From a virus (taxonomy: Duplodnaviria; Caudoviricetes): a stretch of DNA of 24,358 bases. The stretch lies in the IMG/VR virus record IMGVR_UViG_3300045694_000036, positions 1 to 24,358 of that record; one strand, given 5' to 3'. Of this stretch, positions 1-8,603 are shown in pieces; the stretch's first letter is position 1; every line of letters starts with the position of its first letter. The translations under genes were made by a program, and so were the position numbers. The notes below the pieces were generated by a model. That model was not told where the DNA came from and did no database searches. It saw nothing but the letters and a program-made list of their open reading frames with translations.

Positions 1-92
1 TGCTGGAGCGCGGCGATATCGAGGGCTTTCTCGAAGTGGCCTGGATCGATGGCGACTACTACGACGTGGACACCCGGGAGAGCGTGTGGTGA
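1..92 (+). CDS. 3' end of hypothetical protein (partial)
   Basis: Open frame from base 3 (LERGDIEGFLEVAWIDGDYYDVDTRESVW*). Its TGA overlaps the GTG of the next ORF. Confidence 0.55.
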   Translation, partial: LERGDIEGFLEVAWIDGDYYDVDTRESVW

Positions 93-316
93 GCAACAGG
101 GTGCGGCTTACGGTCACGCCGGGCGGCCCCTGGCGGCTCTACCAGCACGCAGCGCTGCCGGGCTGGGACATGCTGGGCACCGTCCAGCGCGGCGATGAGA
201 TTGGCGCCCTGGCGCGTAACAAGGCCACGGGCAACCTGGTGATGATGCGCGCCGGGGCGGTGTCCATGCTCGACCAGAGCAAGGCGCAGGCGGCTCTCGA
301 TGCGCAAGCTGACTGA
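86..316 (+). CDS. Hypothetical protein (76 aa)
   Basis: Overlaps both neighbours (GTGA at 89-92); GC3-rich codons. Confidence 0.7.
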   Translation: MVSNRVRLTVTPGGPWRLYQHAALPGWDMLGTVQRGDEIGALARNKATGNLVMMRAGAVSMLDQSKAQAALDAQAD

Positions 317-809
317 TTGGGCTGCCCTGGATTGGGATAAATCCAATACAGTCCTGGCGCTGCAAGTTGGCGCTTCGGTTCACACCGTGGCTAAGCGCCG
401 CACCCAGTATGGCAAGCCGATGAGTTCGCCGCGGTGGATCCGCCCAGATGTTGCTGAGATCAATCGCAGGCCAGAGCGCAGGGCTCAGTCAGCGCGGACT
501 CAGCCTGCCGCCACGGCAGCGGCAATGACGACCCCCAACGCAGGGCGTGGCACAGCCAACATACACGCGGTGGATTGGGTACTAGTGGCGCCAAATGGCG
601 AGCGACATCAGATCCGCAATCTTTATGAATTCGTGCGGGGGAACGTGGCTCTGTTTGCCCTCGCCGATGTGCAATGGAAACGCACCGGAGGAAAGCGTGG
701 GACAGGCGGCGAGTGGTGCAACGCTACAGCTGGCATCCTCAACATCAAGGGCGGACGCGCCAAGAGCTGGAAGGGCTGGACCCTTCTGCCCGCAGTCGCC
801 TCGAAATAG
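300..809 (+). CDS. Putative DNA-binding protein (N-terminal HTH-like, C-terminal NUMOD-like KGW motif)
   Basis: NTVLALQVGASVHTVAKRR resembles an HTH; C-terminus GGRAKSWKGWT. Confidence 0.6.
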   Translation: MRKLTDWAALDWDKSNTVLALQVGASVHTVAKRRTQYGKPMSSPRWIRPDVAEINRRPERRAQSARTQPAATAAAMTTPNAGRGTANIHAVDWVLVAPNGERHQIRNLYEFVRGNVALFALADVQWKRTGGKRGTGGEWCNATAGILNIKGGRAKSWKGWTLLPAVASK

Positions 810-1437
810 ACGCGCGTGCAATCTGCACGCAATCGTCCATGTAGTTCGCCAACTTCCGCCCTGCTTCGCCGTGCGGGATACGAGTTTTCCCCGTCGCGCC
901 GCAAGGCTTGCATTGCTTGCTGGAGAGCCGCCCGGTGTCGGGTATCACCTCGAACTTGCGCCCATGACAAGCATGGCAGGTAGGCGACAGCCACCAGCGG
1001 AGCACCGCGAAAGCCACTGCCTCGGCATCCTCCACCTCCCACTTAACCAACTCCAGCGCCAGCTGCTCGCGGACGGCGGGCAGGGTCTTGAGGTGGGCCA
1101 TCAGCAGCTTGGCCTGCTGCTCGTTGGCACGGCGCGCCAGTTGCTCCGCCGCGGCCTTCACCTGGGCTGGCGTCTGTGGTTCATGCTGGCCCGGGCCTCG
1201 TGCCTGCGCGTCCTGCTGGAAGTCCGCGGCCCTAGCCACCCGCGCGTGTTCGGCTCCATCCCATTCTGTGTGTAGGCGTAGCAGCGCGCCGCCCAGGCGG
1301 GACTTGCTCCATCCCGCCGCGATCAGCACGTCAGCATCCCCACGTGGCGCGCCATCGCGCGTATCACAGCGGAGGTCGGTGGAACTCATGGCCGTGGTGT
1401 AGGCCTCGTCAATGGTGCGGCGGTCATCGTTCAGCAT
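745..1437 (-). CDS. Antitermination protein Q-like
   Basis: CxxCxG...CxxCGxTG zinc finger (CHACHG, CKPCGATG); lies directly downstream of ninG at the end of the pR operon. Confidence 0.75.
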   Translation of the reverse strand: MLNDDRRTIDEAYTTAMSSTDLRCDTRDGAPRGDADVLIAAGWSKSRLGGALLRLHTEWDGAEHARVARAADFQQDAQARGPGQHEPQTPAQVKAAAEQLARRANEQQAKLLMAHLKTLPAVREQLALELVKWEVEDAEAVAFAVLRWWLSPTCHACHGRKFEVIPDTGRLSSKQCKPCGATGKTRIPHGEAGRKLANYMDDCVQIARASISRRLRAEGSSPSSSWRVRP

Positions 1438-1453
1438 GTTCTCCCTTTCGGCC

Positions 1454-1627
1454 TCAGCCCACTTCTTTCAGAAAATCCCGGAGGTCGTCTTCGCCCTGCC
1501 CCAGCCGCTCTTTGGCCTGGCGCGGGCTGATCTCGGAGTGCTCCAGCCTGCGCTTTGTCATGAGATGCAGCCGGACGAAGGCCTTGACCTTTTGCATGAT
1601 CGAATCCTGTTCTTCGCGGGTCAGCAT
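1454..1627 (-). CDS. Small phage protein (57 aa, MLTREEQDSIMQK...DFLKEVG), not in ORF track
   Basis: ATG overlaps the ninG stop; fills the ninG-Q gap exactly. Confidence 0.7.
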   Translation of the reverse strand: MLTREEQDSIMQKVKAFVRLHLMTKRRLEHSEISPRQAKERLGQGEDDLRDFLKEVG

Positions 1628-2208
1628 CCCTTCATCTCCTTGAGCTTGGCCTTATAGGTGTCGCGGATGGCGATTAGCTCTTCTCGCGTCCACTTGCGGG
1701 GGGTGTTGTCCGATTCCAGCGCCTCCACAGCCTCCAGCCCAATGCGGGCCACAAGGCCGATGCGGTAGTCCACCGCCCTTCCTGCACCCCAACGATTGCA
1801 GGCCTTGCGTTGGGCGTGCGCGTTGCGTTCGTCGAAACGCAGATGTGCAGCGCTCCCGGTTGAGCGGTAATGCCCACAGTCAAAGGCGCCTCCAACGTCA
1901 CCATCACCAAGTGGCCGTCCACAACAAATGCATGGCTGGTGCGCGTCGCGGGCGCGGATGTAGGCGTTGAATGCAACTTGGGCCTCCTTGATGTAGTCGG
2001 GGATCGTCTTGATCGCTTCTTTGCGCCGGCGTGTCTCTGCCCTCTCCACCTTCGCAGCAGCTCGGGCGGCCTTGGCCTCGGCTCTCTCGCGCTTGGCGGC
2101 CTGGGCCTCAGTCCATGCCTCAACGCATTCGACGTGCACGATCTGGCTGGGGCGCTCGGGCTGGAACTTCGCCTTGCAGTGGGCGCAGCGGGTGCGACGG
2201 AAGGCCAT
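1621..2208 (-). CDS. ninG: Recombination protein NinG/Rap (HNH-type resolvase)
   Basis: AQVAFNAYIRARD, CICCG, DCGHYRSTGSAAHLRFDERNAHAQ...CN. Start MAFRRTRCAHC follows GGGGGA. Confidence 0.92.
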   Translation of the reverse strand: MAFRRTRCAHCKAKFQPERPSQIVHVECVEAWTEAQAAKRERAEAKAARAAAKVERAETRRRKEAIKTIPDYIKEAQVAFNAYIRARDAHQPCICCGRPLGDGDVGGAFDCGHYRSTGSAAHLRFDERNAHAQRKACNRWGAGRAVDYRIGLVARIGLEAVEALESDNTPRKWTREELIAIRDTYKAKLKEMKGC

Positions 2209-2339
2209 CAATCCCCCTTCCATAACGCGAAAAGCCCCATCACTGTCATCACGAACGCTATGCTGAGCGCCGCCCAATCGCTCGTTCGCGGCGCCAGGTA
2301 GATCGCCGCGAACAGAAAGAAGAACTGCCACCACGTCAT
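2208..2339 (-). CDS. Small membrane protein (43 aa, two hydrophobic segments), not in ORF track
   Basis: MTWWQFFFLFAAIYLAPRTSDWAALSIAFVMTVMGLFALWKGD; ATGA and TGATG overlaps on the two sides. Confidence 0.7.
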   Translation of the reverse strand: MTWWQFFFLFAAIYLAPRTSDWAALSIAFVMTVMGLFALWKGD

Positions 2340-2545
2340 GCGACAACCTCCCCGGCTGGCGACTCCCACGAATCACAGCAGGCATGCGTCTTCACGACAA
2401 ACCCGTGCATATCACAGTGCTTGACCCAAAACACCGCGCCAAGTCCGCGCCGTTCGCTTTTTTGCTTGAAGTGCTTGCAGGTCGAGCAGCGGGGCACATG
2501 ATTCTGGTAGCCCACTTTGGATTTGAGTTGCGAAAGTTTGCTCAC
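2336..2545 (-). CDS. Small Cys-rich (zinc-binding) phage protein
   Basis: CSTCKHF...C...CCDSW pattern; coupled to both neighbours. Confidence 0.75.
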   Translation of the reverse strand: MSKLSQLKSKVGYQNHVPRCSTCKHFKQKSERRGLGAVFWVKHCDMHGFVVKTHACCDSWESPAGEVVA

Positions 2546-2994
2546 ATCCATCCCTCGCAGATCACTTCCATCAGATGGTCCGCAGTCTCCCGGTCCATCG
2601 TCGGGAGGATGTGCTGCAGCACGCCATCCAAAGCGGCAGAGTAGAACGCTTCAAAGGCATCCTGATCCATCGACTCGTAGCTGATGGACTTCGGCACCTG
2701 GATCAGTTCGCCCGTCTGCGGGTGAACTGCGGGCTCGAAGTGCCCGACAACCAGCTTCACGGCCACCAGAGCTTTTTCGACGGTGTTGTAGGTCTCGCTG
2801 TTCTCGGCTACCAACTGCAGCAACGCGAACATCTTGCGATGGTGCGCCCCGTTGCGCGGGCTGGTGGCCTCGATGCGCAGCCACTTGCCGGGCTTCATGG
2901 TTTCGAGGCGGCGGCGGAACTTGGACCATGCCTCGTGGTCGGCTGGCGTGGCGCCGCGCAGGCCCTGGGGAGTCTTGAGCAGCATCGCACGCAT
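2542..2994 (-). CDS. DUF1367 family protein (NinB/Orf-like)
   Basis: PRNGAHHRKMFALL and PKSISYESMDQDAFEAFY motifs. Confidence 0.8.
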   Translation of the reverse strand: MRAMLLKTPQGLRGATPADHEAWSKFRRRLETMKPGKWLRIEATSPRNGAHHRKMFALLQLVAENSETYNTVEKALVAVKLVVGHFEPAVHPQTGELIQVPKSISYESMDQDAFEAFYSAALDGVLQHILPTMDRETADHLMEVICEGWM

Positions 2995-3320
2995 TACTTC
3001 TCCCCCTTCCCGGCGCTGCACTGGTCATCAAGGTCGCGGAGTTGTGCAGCCGTTTCTTGCAGGACCAGCCTGTGGCCGAAGAACTCGACCTTCTCGGCGT
3101 CGTATAGGCCATCCGTGTAGCCCTTCTTGGCCTTGCCCAGTGTCCGCGCAGCTGCCCGGCGCCAGATGGCCTTGAAGGCGTTGCCCTCGGCATAGTTCAT
3201 GTCGAGTGCTTCGATGATGTCGTTGCACTCCGCGATGTAGGGAGCCCGCGGGGTAGTGGGGTTGGCAATGCTGACTTGGTAATAGGTCACGCTACCGCCT
3301 GTGTATTCGGCCCCACTCAT
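2994..3320 (-). CDS. DUF3310-like protein
   Basis: ECNDIIEALDMNYAEGNAFKAIWR...DAEK pattern. Confidence 0.7.
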   Translation of the reverse strand: MSGAEYTGGSVTYYQVSIANPTTPRAPYIAECNDIIEALDMNYAEGNAFKAIWRRAAARTLGKAKKGYTDGLYDAEKVEFFGHRLVLQETAAQLRDLDDQCSAGKGEK

Positions 3321-3487
3321 GTTTCTTCCCTCACGTAGCGGACGATGCGGGTGAAGCGCCACATGCGCCGCAAGTCGTCTTGCCGCGCTCTTGCCTGGAC
3401 TCGCGTTTTGGCGCTGGAGCCGGACGAAGGCCGCCATTCGTGGCCTGCGTGGTCTCTCACTTCGACAACCCACAGAACTGCTTTCAT
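3317..3487 (-). CDS. Small phage protein (56 aa, MKAVLWVVEV...VRYVREET), not in ORF track
   Basis: GGGGA RBS; ATGA overlap with the next gene. Confidence 0.65.
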   Translation of the reverse strand: MKAVLWVVEVRDHAGHEWRPSSGSSAKTRVQARARQDDLRRMWRFTRIVRYVREET

Positions 3488-3506
3488 AGTCCCCATCCTT
3501 TCGTCG

Positions 3507-3698
3507 TTACTTGCTTGATCGCCGCAGCCACACGATTCGGGCAGCGGTCACATCCTCGGCAGCCGGTTTGTGCTTGGGGCACTGGTGCTCCGGTCCGTAG
3601 TACGTCCAGGGCTTGCCCAGGGCGCACGGGGCCAGCCGGTGCTTTGCCATCGCTCCGGCCTTCTTCGGGCTCCAGTGGGTGCAGGTCGCGCATGTCAA
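3507..3698 (-). CDS. Small Cys-rich phage protein
   Basis: TTG start in a TTGA overlap after AAGGAGG; CATCTHW...C...C. Confidence 0.7.
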   Translation of the reverse strand: MTCATCTHWSPKKAGAMAKHRLAPCALGKPWTYYGPEHQCPKHKPAAEDVTAARIVWLRRSSK

Positions 3699-4405
3699 GC
3701 CGCCTCCTTGAGCAGTCCAGTGAACAGGCCGCCTTGCTCCACCCAAATCTCATGCCGCCGGACTTGGCCGATCAGCGATGAAGACACGTCGTAGCGCGCG
3801 GCCAGCACCTTGTTCGGCTCGTCGCTCGCACGGATTGCGCGCACCTTGTCCCAGTCCAGCTTTCCGAGCCGCTTGCGCAGCGCGGTGGCCATGGCGTTGT
3901 GGTGAGCCGGCATCAGAGGACGGCCTTTTGCTTGCGCGTTGCGCGGCTCCACATGCATGTGCGCGTACTCGCAGCAGCCATCCTCGCACTCCTCGTGCAT
4001 GCGGATCACTTCGTTCAGGCCCAGAGTGAATCGCTTGACGCCCCAGATGTACCTGCGCACGGAAACAGGCTTGCCGCCCTCCAGGCGACCGATGGGGCCG
4101 CGCTGCGGGTCAATGTGACCAGCCCAGACCATGCAGCCATCGACAGGCCTGCAGTTGCCCAGCAGCGCACCCACTTGGCCGTCTTCCGTGGACTCGTAGT
4201 CCGCGGTGACATAGTGAGGGAAGCCCTGCATCCAGAGCTTCTTGATGGAGCCTTCCTCTACCAATGCGTCGATGTGACGCATCAGGCGCATGCGCACGTT
4301 GTGATTCTTAGAGCCATGGGCAAGCTCAAGCAGCTTTACGGGGCCTTCCTGCACGCGGGCGAGGATGGCGGCCTTGCTGAAACGAATGCGGTTCATGCCC
4401 GACAT
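3695..4405 (-). CDS. wHTH + degenerate HNH-like + HTH protein
   Basis: DGCMVWAG...CCEYAHM resembles phage HNH domains; C-terminal NKVLAARYDVSSSLIGQVRRHEIW is an HTH. Confidence 0.7.
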   Translation of the reverse strand: MSGMNRIRFSKAAILARVQEGPVKLLELAHGSKNHNVRMRLMRHIDALVEEGSIKKLWMQGFPHYVTADYESTEDGQVGALLGNCRPVDGCMVWAGHIDPQRGPIGRLEGGKPVSVRRYIWGVKRFTLGLNEVIRMHEECEDGCCEYAHMHVEPRNAQAKGRPLMPAHHNAMATALRKRLGKLDWDKVRAIRASDEPNKVLAARYDVSSSLIGQVRRHEIWVEQGGLFTGLLKEAA

Positions 4406-5769
4406 CAGAAGTCCTCCGCGTACTTGCTGCCCTTCGCCGGCGCGCTCTTGATCGGCGGGGCCAGTGACTCGGTGGACTCACCCCACCGCTGGTAGGCTCC
4501 GGAGAAATGGAGGGCCACTTCGCCGGTCTGGCCGTCGCGGTTCTTGAGCACGACACAGCCCTTGATGTCGCCCTGACCTTCGTCGCCCTTGCGATGCGTC
4601 CACAGGCCCAGGATCACGTCGGCGTCTTCTTCGATGGCTCCGCATTCCTTGAGGTCGGACATGACCGGGCGGGGATTGGCGCGCTTCTCCACCTCGCGGT
4701 TGAGCTGCGACAGCAGGAATACGGTGATGCCCAACTGCTTCGCCAGTTGCTTCATTCCGCGCGTGATCTCCTCCAGCTCCACGCGCCGTTCAGCACGGAA
4801 TCCGGAACCCTTCATGAGCTGCAGATAGTCCACCACCAGGGCCTTCACACCATGCCTGCGCACGGCCTTCCTCGCCTTGGATGCAACCTCAGCAAGCGTC
4901 ATAGCGGGCTGGTCGTACAGGTAGAGAGGCAGGTTGCGCAGGGCCTCGACACCCTCGGTCACGCGGGACCACTCGTCCTCGTCCATCTTCCCCGTCTTCA
5001 GACCGCTCAGGGGTGCTCGGCCCACGTTCGCCACCGTGCGGTTTGTCAGTTCACGGCTGGTCATTTCCATGCCGAAGAATGCGGCCGGGATGCCGTCGCG
5101 CGCCAGGCTCAATGCCAACTGTTGCGCGAACGACGACTTGCCTACCGATGGACGGGCAGCGACGATCACCAATTGTTCGTCGCGAAAACCGCCGGACAGC
5201 AGTCCGTCCAACGTAGGGATGTGGGTGGGCCGGCTAGGCGTGAGGTCCCCGTCAGCCATGGCTTGCAGGCGATCCAGGAAGTCCGCCACGAAGTCCGCCA
5301 CCGGCAGCACGTCCTTTTCAGTCCGCTCCTCGATGACGGCCTCCAGTTTGGTCACCGACTGGGACACCCGCTGCTCGATGGAGAGGCTCTCGTCCGCTGC
5401 AACCTCCACCACGGCGCGGGCAGCGGCCTTCAGGCCCCGTGCCTTTGCATAGTCGCGGATGACCTGCGCATGCCCTCGCGCAGCGCGGACCGACACGTAG
5501 GAGCCAGTCAGGTTCTGCACGTAGTTCCAATCGACGTCTGCGCCGCGCATGGACTCCATGAGCGCCACCACATCGACATGCTTGCCAGCCAGTACCAGCT
5601 TCTCCAGCTCCGTCCACAGCGTCTGGTGCAGCGGCTGGAAAAACATGGGGGCCGTCAGATTGGCGGCGTCGTAGGCATCGGGGCCAACGGACAGTACAGC
5701 GCCGATCACGGAGCATTCGGCTTCGTGCGAGTAGCTGAATTCCTCGACAGGGAGATCGTTGTGGTTCAT
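4405..5769 (-). CDS. dnaB: Replicative DNA helicase, DnaB family (phage-encoded)
   Basis: EAECSVIGAVL, Walker A ARPSVGKS, VVDYLQLM, LSQLNR, DLKECGAIEEDAD, KNRDG. Confidence 0.97.
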   Translation of the reverse strand: MNHNDLPVEEFSYSHEAECSVIGAVLSVGPDAYDAANLTAPMFFQPLHQTLWTELEKLVLAGKHVDVVALMESMRGADVDWNYVQNLTGSYVSVRAARGHAQVIRDYAKARGLKAAARAVVEVAADESLSIEQRVSQSVTKLEAVIEERTEKDVLPVADFVADFLDRLQAMADGDLTPSRPTHIPTLDGLLSGGFRDEQLVIVAARPSVGKSSFAQQLALSLARDGIPAAFFGMEMTSRELTNRTVANVGRAPLSGLKTGKMDEDEWSRVTEGVEALRNLPLYLYDQPAMTLAEVASKARKAVRRHGVKALVVDYLQLMKGSGFRAERRVELEEITRGMKQLAKQLGITVFLLSQLNREVEKRANPRPVMSDLKECGAIEEDADVILGLWTHRKGDEGQGDIKGCVVLKNRDGQTGEVALHFSGAYQRWGESTESLAPPIKSAPAKGSKYAEDF

Positions 5770-6611
5770 GCGGTCACCTGGGTTTTCTCGATTACGTGTT
5801 TCTTGCCCTTCTCCGACAGCAGGAAGTCAAAGTCGCACTGCCAGCCTTCATGCCCGGGCGCCTTGTAGCCGCGGCCCATGAGGAAGTCGTTGTCACGGGC
5901 TCGGGTGAAGTAGCCACGGATCCAGTCCATCGCCTCCGGCGCAGTCGTCGCCCGGCGCTCGCCATCCCCACGCCTCGACGTCAAGACGAATTTCCAGAGC
6001 GAGGACACGGCCTTGCGACGCTGGTCGTTCATCAGCCTCACGGCGGGCAGTTCGGGCAGAACCTCGTGGTACAGGTCCACCACGGACTGCGTGTCGCAGC
6101 GTGGCAGGCGGTCGGCGCTGCCGACAGAACCGTTAGGTTCTATTTCCTGTTCCTGTTTCTGTTCCTGGTTAAGCAACGGTTCCGCAACCGTTGTTGAACC
6201 GTTCGCAGTCGCTGGTAACTCAATGCCGAGAGATTCGGCGCAAGCCCTCATGAATGCTGGCTTCCAGGCGCATTCGTCTGGAATGGAATGGGCGATCTTC
6301 GCGGCCGACTTGCGTTGATTGGGGTTCTCCGGCTTGTTCCACTCCAGGTGCTTCACAACCCATACCCATTTCGTGGTTTCACAACGGTTGGCGAAACCCT
6401 TCGCCAACAGTTCTGCAAACCCTTTCTGAACCCTTGATTGGTCCCAGCCGATGTCCTCCGCAACGTAGCCATCAGGCAGGCGAAAAACGCCTGCAATGGT
6501 TGAGTGCGAACAGGTCATCAGGTAAAGCGCCAGCAGCTTGCCGTCGTCGGAAAGCGTGTGAGTCGTCTGGCTGGACCAGAACGTGGCGTAGACCTTGCCG
6601 TAGTCGCGCAT
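5766..6611 (-). CDS. Phage replication initiator (O-like)
   Basis: N-terminal wHTH-type region (LSDDGKLLALYL), QEQKQEQE linker, C-terminal W-x-x-DFDFLL; directly upstream of dnaB and contains iterons. Confidence 0.85.
   Translation of the reverse strand: MRDYGKVYATFWSSQTTHTLSDDGKLLALYLMTCSHSTIAGVFRLPDGYVAEDIGWDQSRVQKGFAELLAKGFANRCETTKWVWVVKHLEWNKPENPNQRKSAAKIAHSIPDECAWKPAFMRACAESLGIELPATANGSTTVAEPLLNQEQKQEQEIEPNGSVGSADRLPRCDTQSVVDLYHEVLPELPAVRLMNDQRRKAVSSLWKFVLTSRRGDGERRATTAPEAMDWIRGYFTRARDNDFLMGRGYKAPGHEGWQCDFDFLLSEKGKKHVIEKTQVTA
6128..6435. repeat. Replication-origin iterons AACNNTT in two phased clusters
   Basis: AACCGTT/AACGGTT at 6128, 6175, 6186, 6197; AACGGTT/AACCCTT/AACAGTT at 6383, 6395, 6406, 6418, 6429 (11-12 bp period). 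Confidence 0.75.
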
Positions 6612-6805
6612 CAGTGACACGCCTCCCAGGCCGCGAACTTGGCGCCTTGGCGTGCGAGGGTTTGCGCCTTCTGTTCTTCCATCGCGCGGCGTGCGCCATC
6701 ACGATCTCCGAGTGCCATGCAGATCTCGACGTCCACGCCAGCCACCTTGGCGGCCAGCTCGCGGCGTTTGTCGATCAGTTCAACGATTTCCCGATCCGTG
6801 GACAT
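6611..6805 (-). CDS. Small phage protein (64 aa, MSTDREIVEL...)
   Basis: GAGGGGA RBS; stop overlaps the initiator ATG. Confidence 0.75.
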   Translation of the reverse strand: MSTDREIVELIDKRRELAAKVAGVDVEICMALGDRDGARRAMEEQKAQTLARQGAKFAAWEACH

Positions 6806-6806
6806 G

Positions 6807-6995
6807 TCATCCCCTCGGCGGCGTAGCCAGGTGAGGCCATGCGAAGCCCCGAGGGGCATTCGGCATGCCTGCGTTGCAGACGGGTGCGGCGGGATGCGGC
6901 TTGAAGCGTTCGCACGTTGTCTTGGCGAGCTGGGCGGGCGCAAGGGTGGCGTACTTGCGGCCGTTGATGCCGATGGTTTTTGTAGGTGTGTTCAT
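6807..6995 (-). CDS. Hypothetical protein (62 aa)
   Basis: Fills an operon gap and abuts the next gene. Confidence 0.55.
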   Translation of the reverse strand: MNTPTKTIGINGRKYATLAPAQLAKTTCERFKPHPAAPVCNAGMPNAPRGFAWPHLATPPRG

Positions 6996-7027
6996 GGTGG
7001 TCTGCCCGAGTAACTGCGCAGTTACTC

Positions 7028-7228
7028 TCAGTGAACGGATGGGAAACGGAACAGGCGCGCAATAGGGCCTGTCGTGCCCTTGCGTTCTTCGCGGTCGGCA
7101 AGTTGGAGAAGCAGCCGTTTGGCAGCTTCCTCAAAAGTGACGCCGTCGCGTTTTGCTTTCCTTTTGATAGCGTCGATCTGTTTGTCAGTCGCGCTACTCA
7201 GATCAAGGGTGATTGCTTGCTCTTGCAT
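7028..7228 (-). CDS. Small putative ribbon-helix-helix regulator
   Basis: ITLDL...IDAIKRKAKRDGVTFEEAAKRLL. Confidence 0.65.
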   Translation of the reverse strand: MQEQAITLDLSSATDKQIDAIKRKAKRDGVTFEEAAKRLLLQLADREERKGTTGPIARLFRFPSVH

Positions 7229-7272
7229 TGGCGACCTTTGTTGTCATCGTGTTGTCGAGGATTTCCAAAGGC

Positions 7273-7530
7273 CTAGGCAGCTTGCAAGCCGCTCCAGAAG
7301 CCCCTGTCAACACGCTTGCCTTGGCTAGGATTCCCGCCATGAAAACGACCATCGACCTCCTGCTCCTCGCACTCGTCGGCAAGCCTCAGCAAGGCCTCGC
7401 GCAAGGTGACAGCAGGAGCACCACCACTACAGAGCCGATCAGCCAGGCGCAGCAGTTTTTCGCGCTCCTCCTGGTTTGTGCGGATCATGCAAAGCGGGTC
7501 GCGCATCAGGTTGCGGTTCTTGTAGGACAT
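7273..7530 (-). CDS. Small regulator in the cII position (RHH-like)
   Basis: MIRTNQEEREKLLRLAD...PAVTLREALL; lies between cro and O. Confidence 0.65.
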   Translation of the reverse strand: MSYKNRNLMRDPLCMIRTNQEEREKLLRLADRLCSGGAPAVTLREALLRLADECEEQEVDGRFHGGNPSQGKRVDRGFWSGLQAA

Positions 7531-7660
7531 GGAGGGCTCCCGGTAGTTGTTGTTGGTGGGTTAGAGAGGGCTCGCAACGAGGCGGGCTGTGGAATGGGTG
7601 CCCGCCCTTCCCTGCCGTACGATGGGCGTGTCAAAGCAACCATCAGCAGAGAGGACGGAC

Positions 7661-7861
7661 ATGAAAGAGGAACTGATCGGGCCTACAGCCACACTCGCGG
7701 CAGCGATCCTGTCGAAACTGGAAGAACAGCACACAGAGTTCACCAACGAGGTCATTGCATCGGCCTTTGCTCAGGCCCACGAAGCTCTACTTCTTGGGAT
7801 TCAACGAGTGGAGCAATCGGAGCCACCACGGACAGCGAAGGTCGAGGTGCTGAAGATGTAG
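7661..7861 (+). CDS. Small antisense-oriented protein (66 aa)
   Basis: TACGAT -10 at 7618-7623, GAGGA RBS, amphipathic helical product. Confidence 0.55.
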   Translation: MKEELIGPTATLAAAILSKLEEQHTEFTNEVIASAFAQAHEALLLGIQRVEQSEPPRTAKVEVLKM

Positions 7862-8000
7862 CCGCGCGCTCCTGGTCGAATTCCTCGCCACGGCGGGCTT
7901 TGACCCGCGCGAAGAACTCGGACCCTCGGTACTCACGCCTGCGCTTGAGCTCCAATGCGCGCGGGGGAGTTACATCGCCCCAGCGGTACGGGCTAGCCAT
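7752..8000 (-). CDS. Hypothetical protein (82 aa)
   Basis: Strong AAGGAGGT RBS; overlaps the stop of the upstream gene. Confidence 0.6.
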   Translation of the reverse strand: MASPYRWGDVTPPRALELKRRREYRGSEFFARVKARRGEEFDQERAATSSAPRPSLSVVAPIAPLVESQEVELRGPEQRPMQ

Positions 8001-8367
8001 GGCTCACCTCCTTCTCTGGGGTGGGGAGGGAGTGCTTGCAGCCAATGTGTTTGAGGAACAGGTCGTTCCCGATCTGGAATCGGCGCACATCCATGACTTG
8101 CGGACGCACGATGTTTTCAACCTCCGCAGGATTAAGGCCGAGGAACCACTCACGGCCGTGCACCTCGCCCGCCATCGAAGCCAATTTCCGGCAAATGGTG
8201 CTTTCGACTCCATAGCCAGCAGGCGTGCCCGGCATGACGGCAAACCTGGTCAAGATGTCGCCACGATTCCGGAACTCGGTCGAAAGGGCCTTCGCCCTGC
8301 CCTTCGGCCGCGTCGTGATGCCGACTTTTACGAGGCGCTCGCCGCTTGCAACGTAGATGAAGTGCAT
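7993..8367 (-). CDS. GIY-YIG superfamily (T5orf172-like) protein
   Basis: FIYV...VKVGIT-x-x-P-x-x-R...E...REWF. Confidence 0.85.
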   Translation of the reverse strand: MHFIYVASGERLVKVGITTRPKGRAKALSTEFRNRGDILTRFAVMPGTPAGYGVESTICRKLASMAGEVHGREWFLGLNPAEVENIVRPQVMDVRRFQIGNDLFLKHIGCKHSLPTPEKEVSHG

Positions 8368-8595
8368 CTAGGCAGCCTCCTTCGCCGGATCGGGCAATTG
8401 ACGGGCGCCCCGGTCAACCGCGTCGAAGTAGTCGATCAGCGGCTGGATGGTCAGAACGCCGGGGTTCTCACGGTCCCCGTAAACCAGCTTGCGCGGAAGC
8501 GTCTTTGCGACCCCCGCATCGGCGGCTATCCGCTCCCACGATGCAGGCCCGGCGGCCCGGAGCCGGTCGATTACGGGCTGAAGAATGCTGCTCAT
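8368..8595 (-). CDS. Cro-like HTH protein
   Basis: WERIAADAGVAKTLPRKLVYGDRENPGVLTIQPLIDYF; divergent from the repressor and first gene after pR. Confidence 0.85.
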   Translation of the reverse strand: MSSILQPVIDRLRAAGPASWERIAADAGVAKTLPRKLVYGDRENPGVLTIQPLIDYFDAVDRGARQLPDPAKEAA

Positions 8596-8603
8596 AGGCG
8601 GGC

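Noticed and set aside
4507-5868. 453-aa plus-strand ORF
   Set aside because: Antisense shadow of dnaB, typical of GC-rich DNA.
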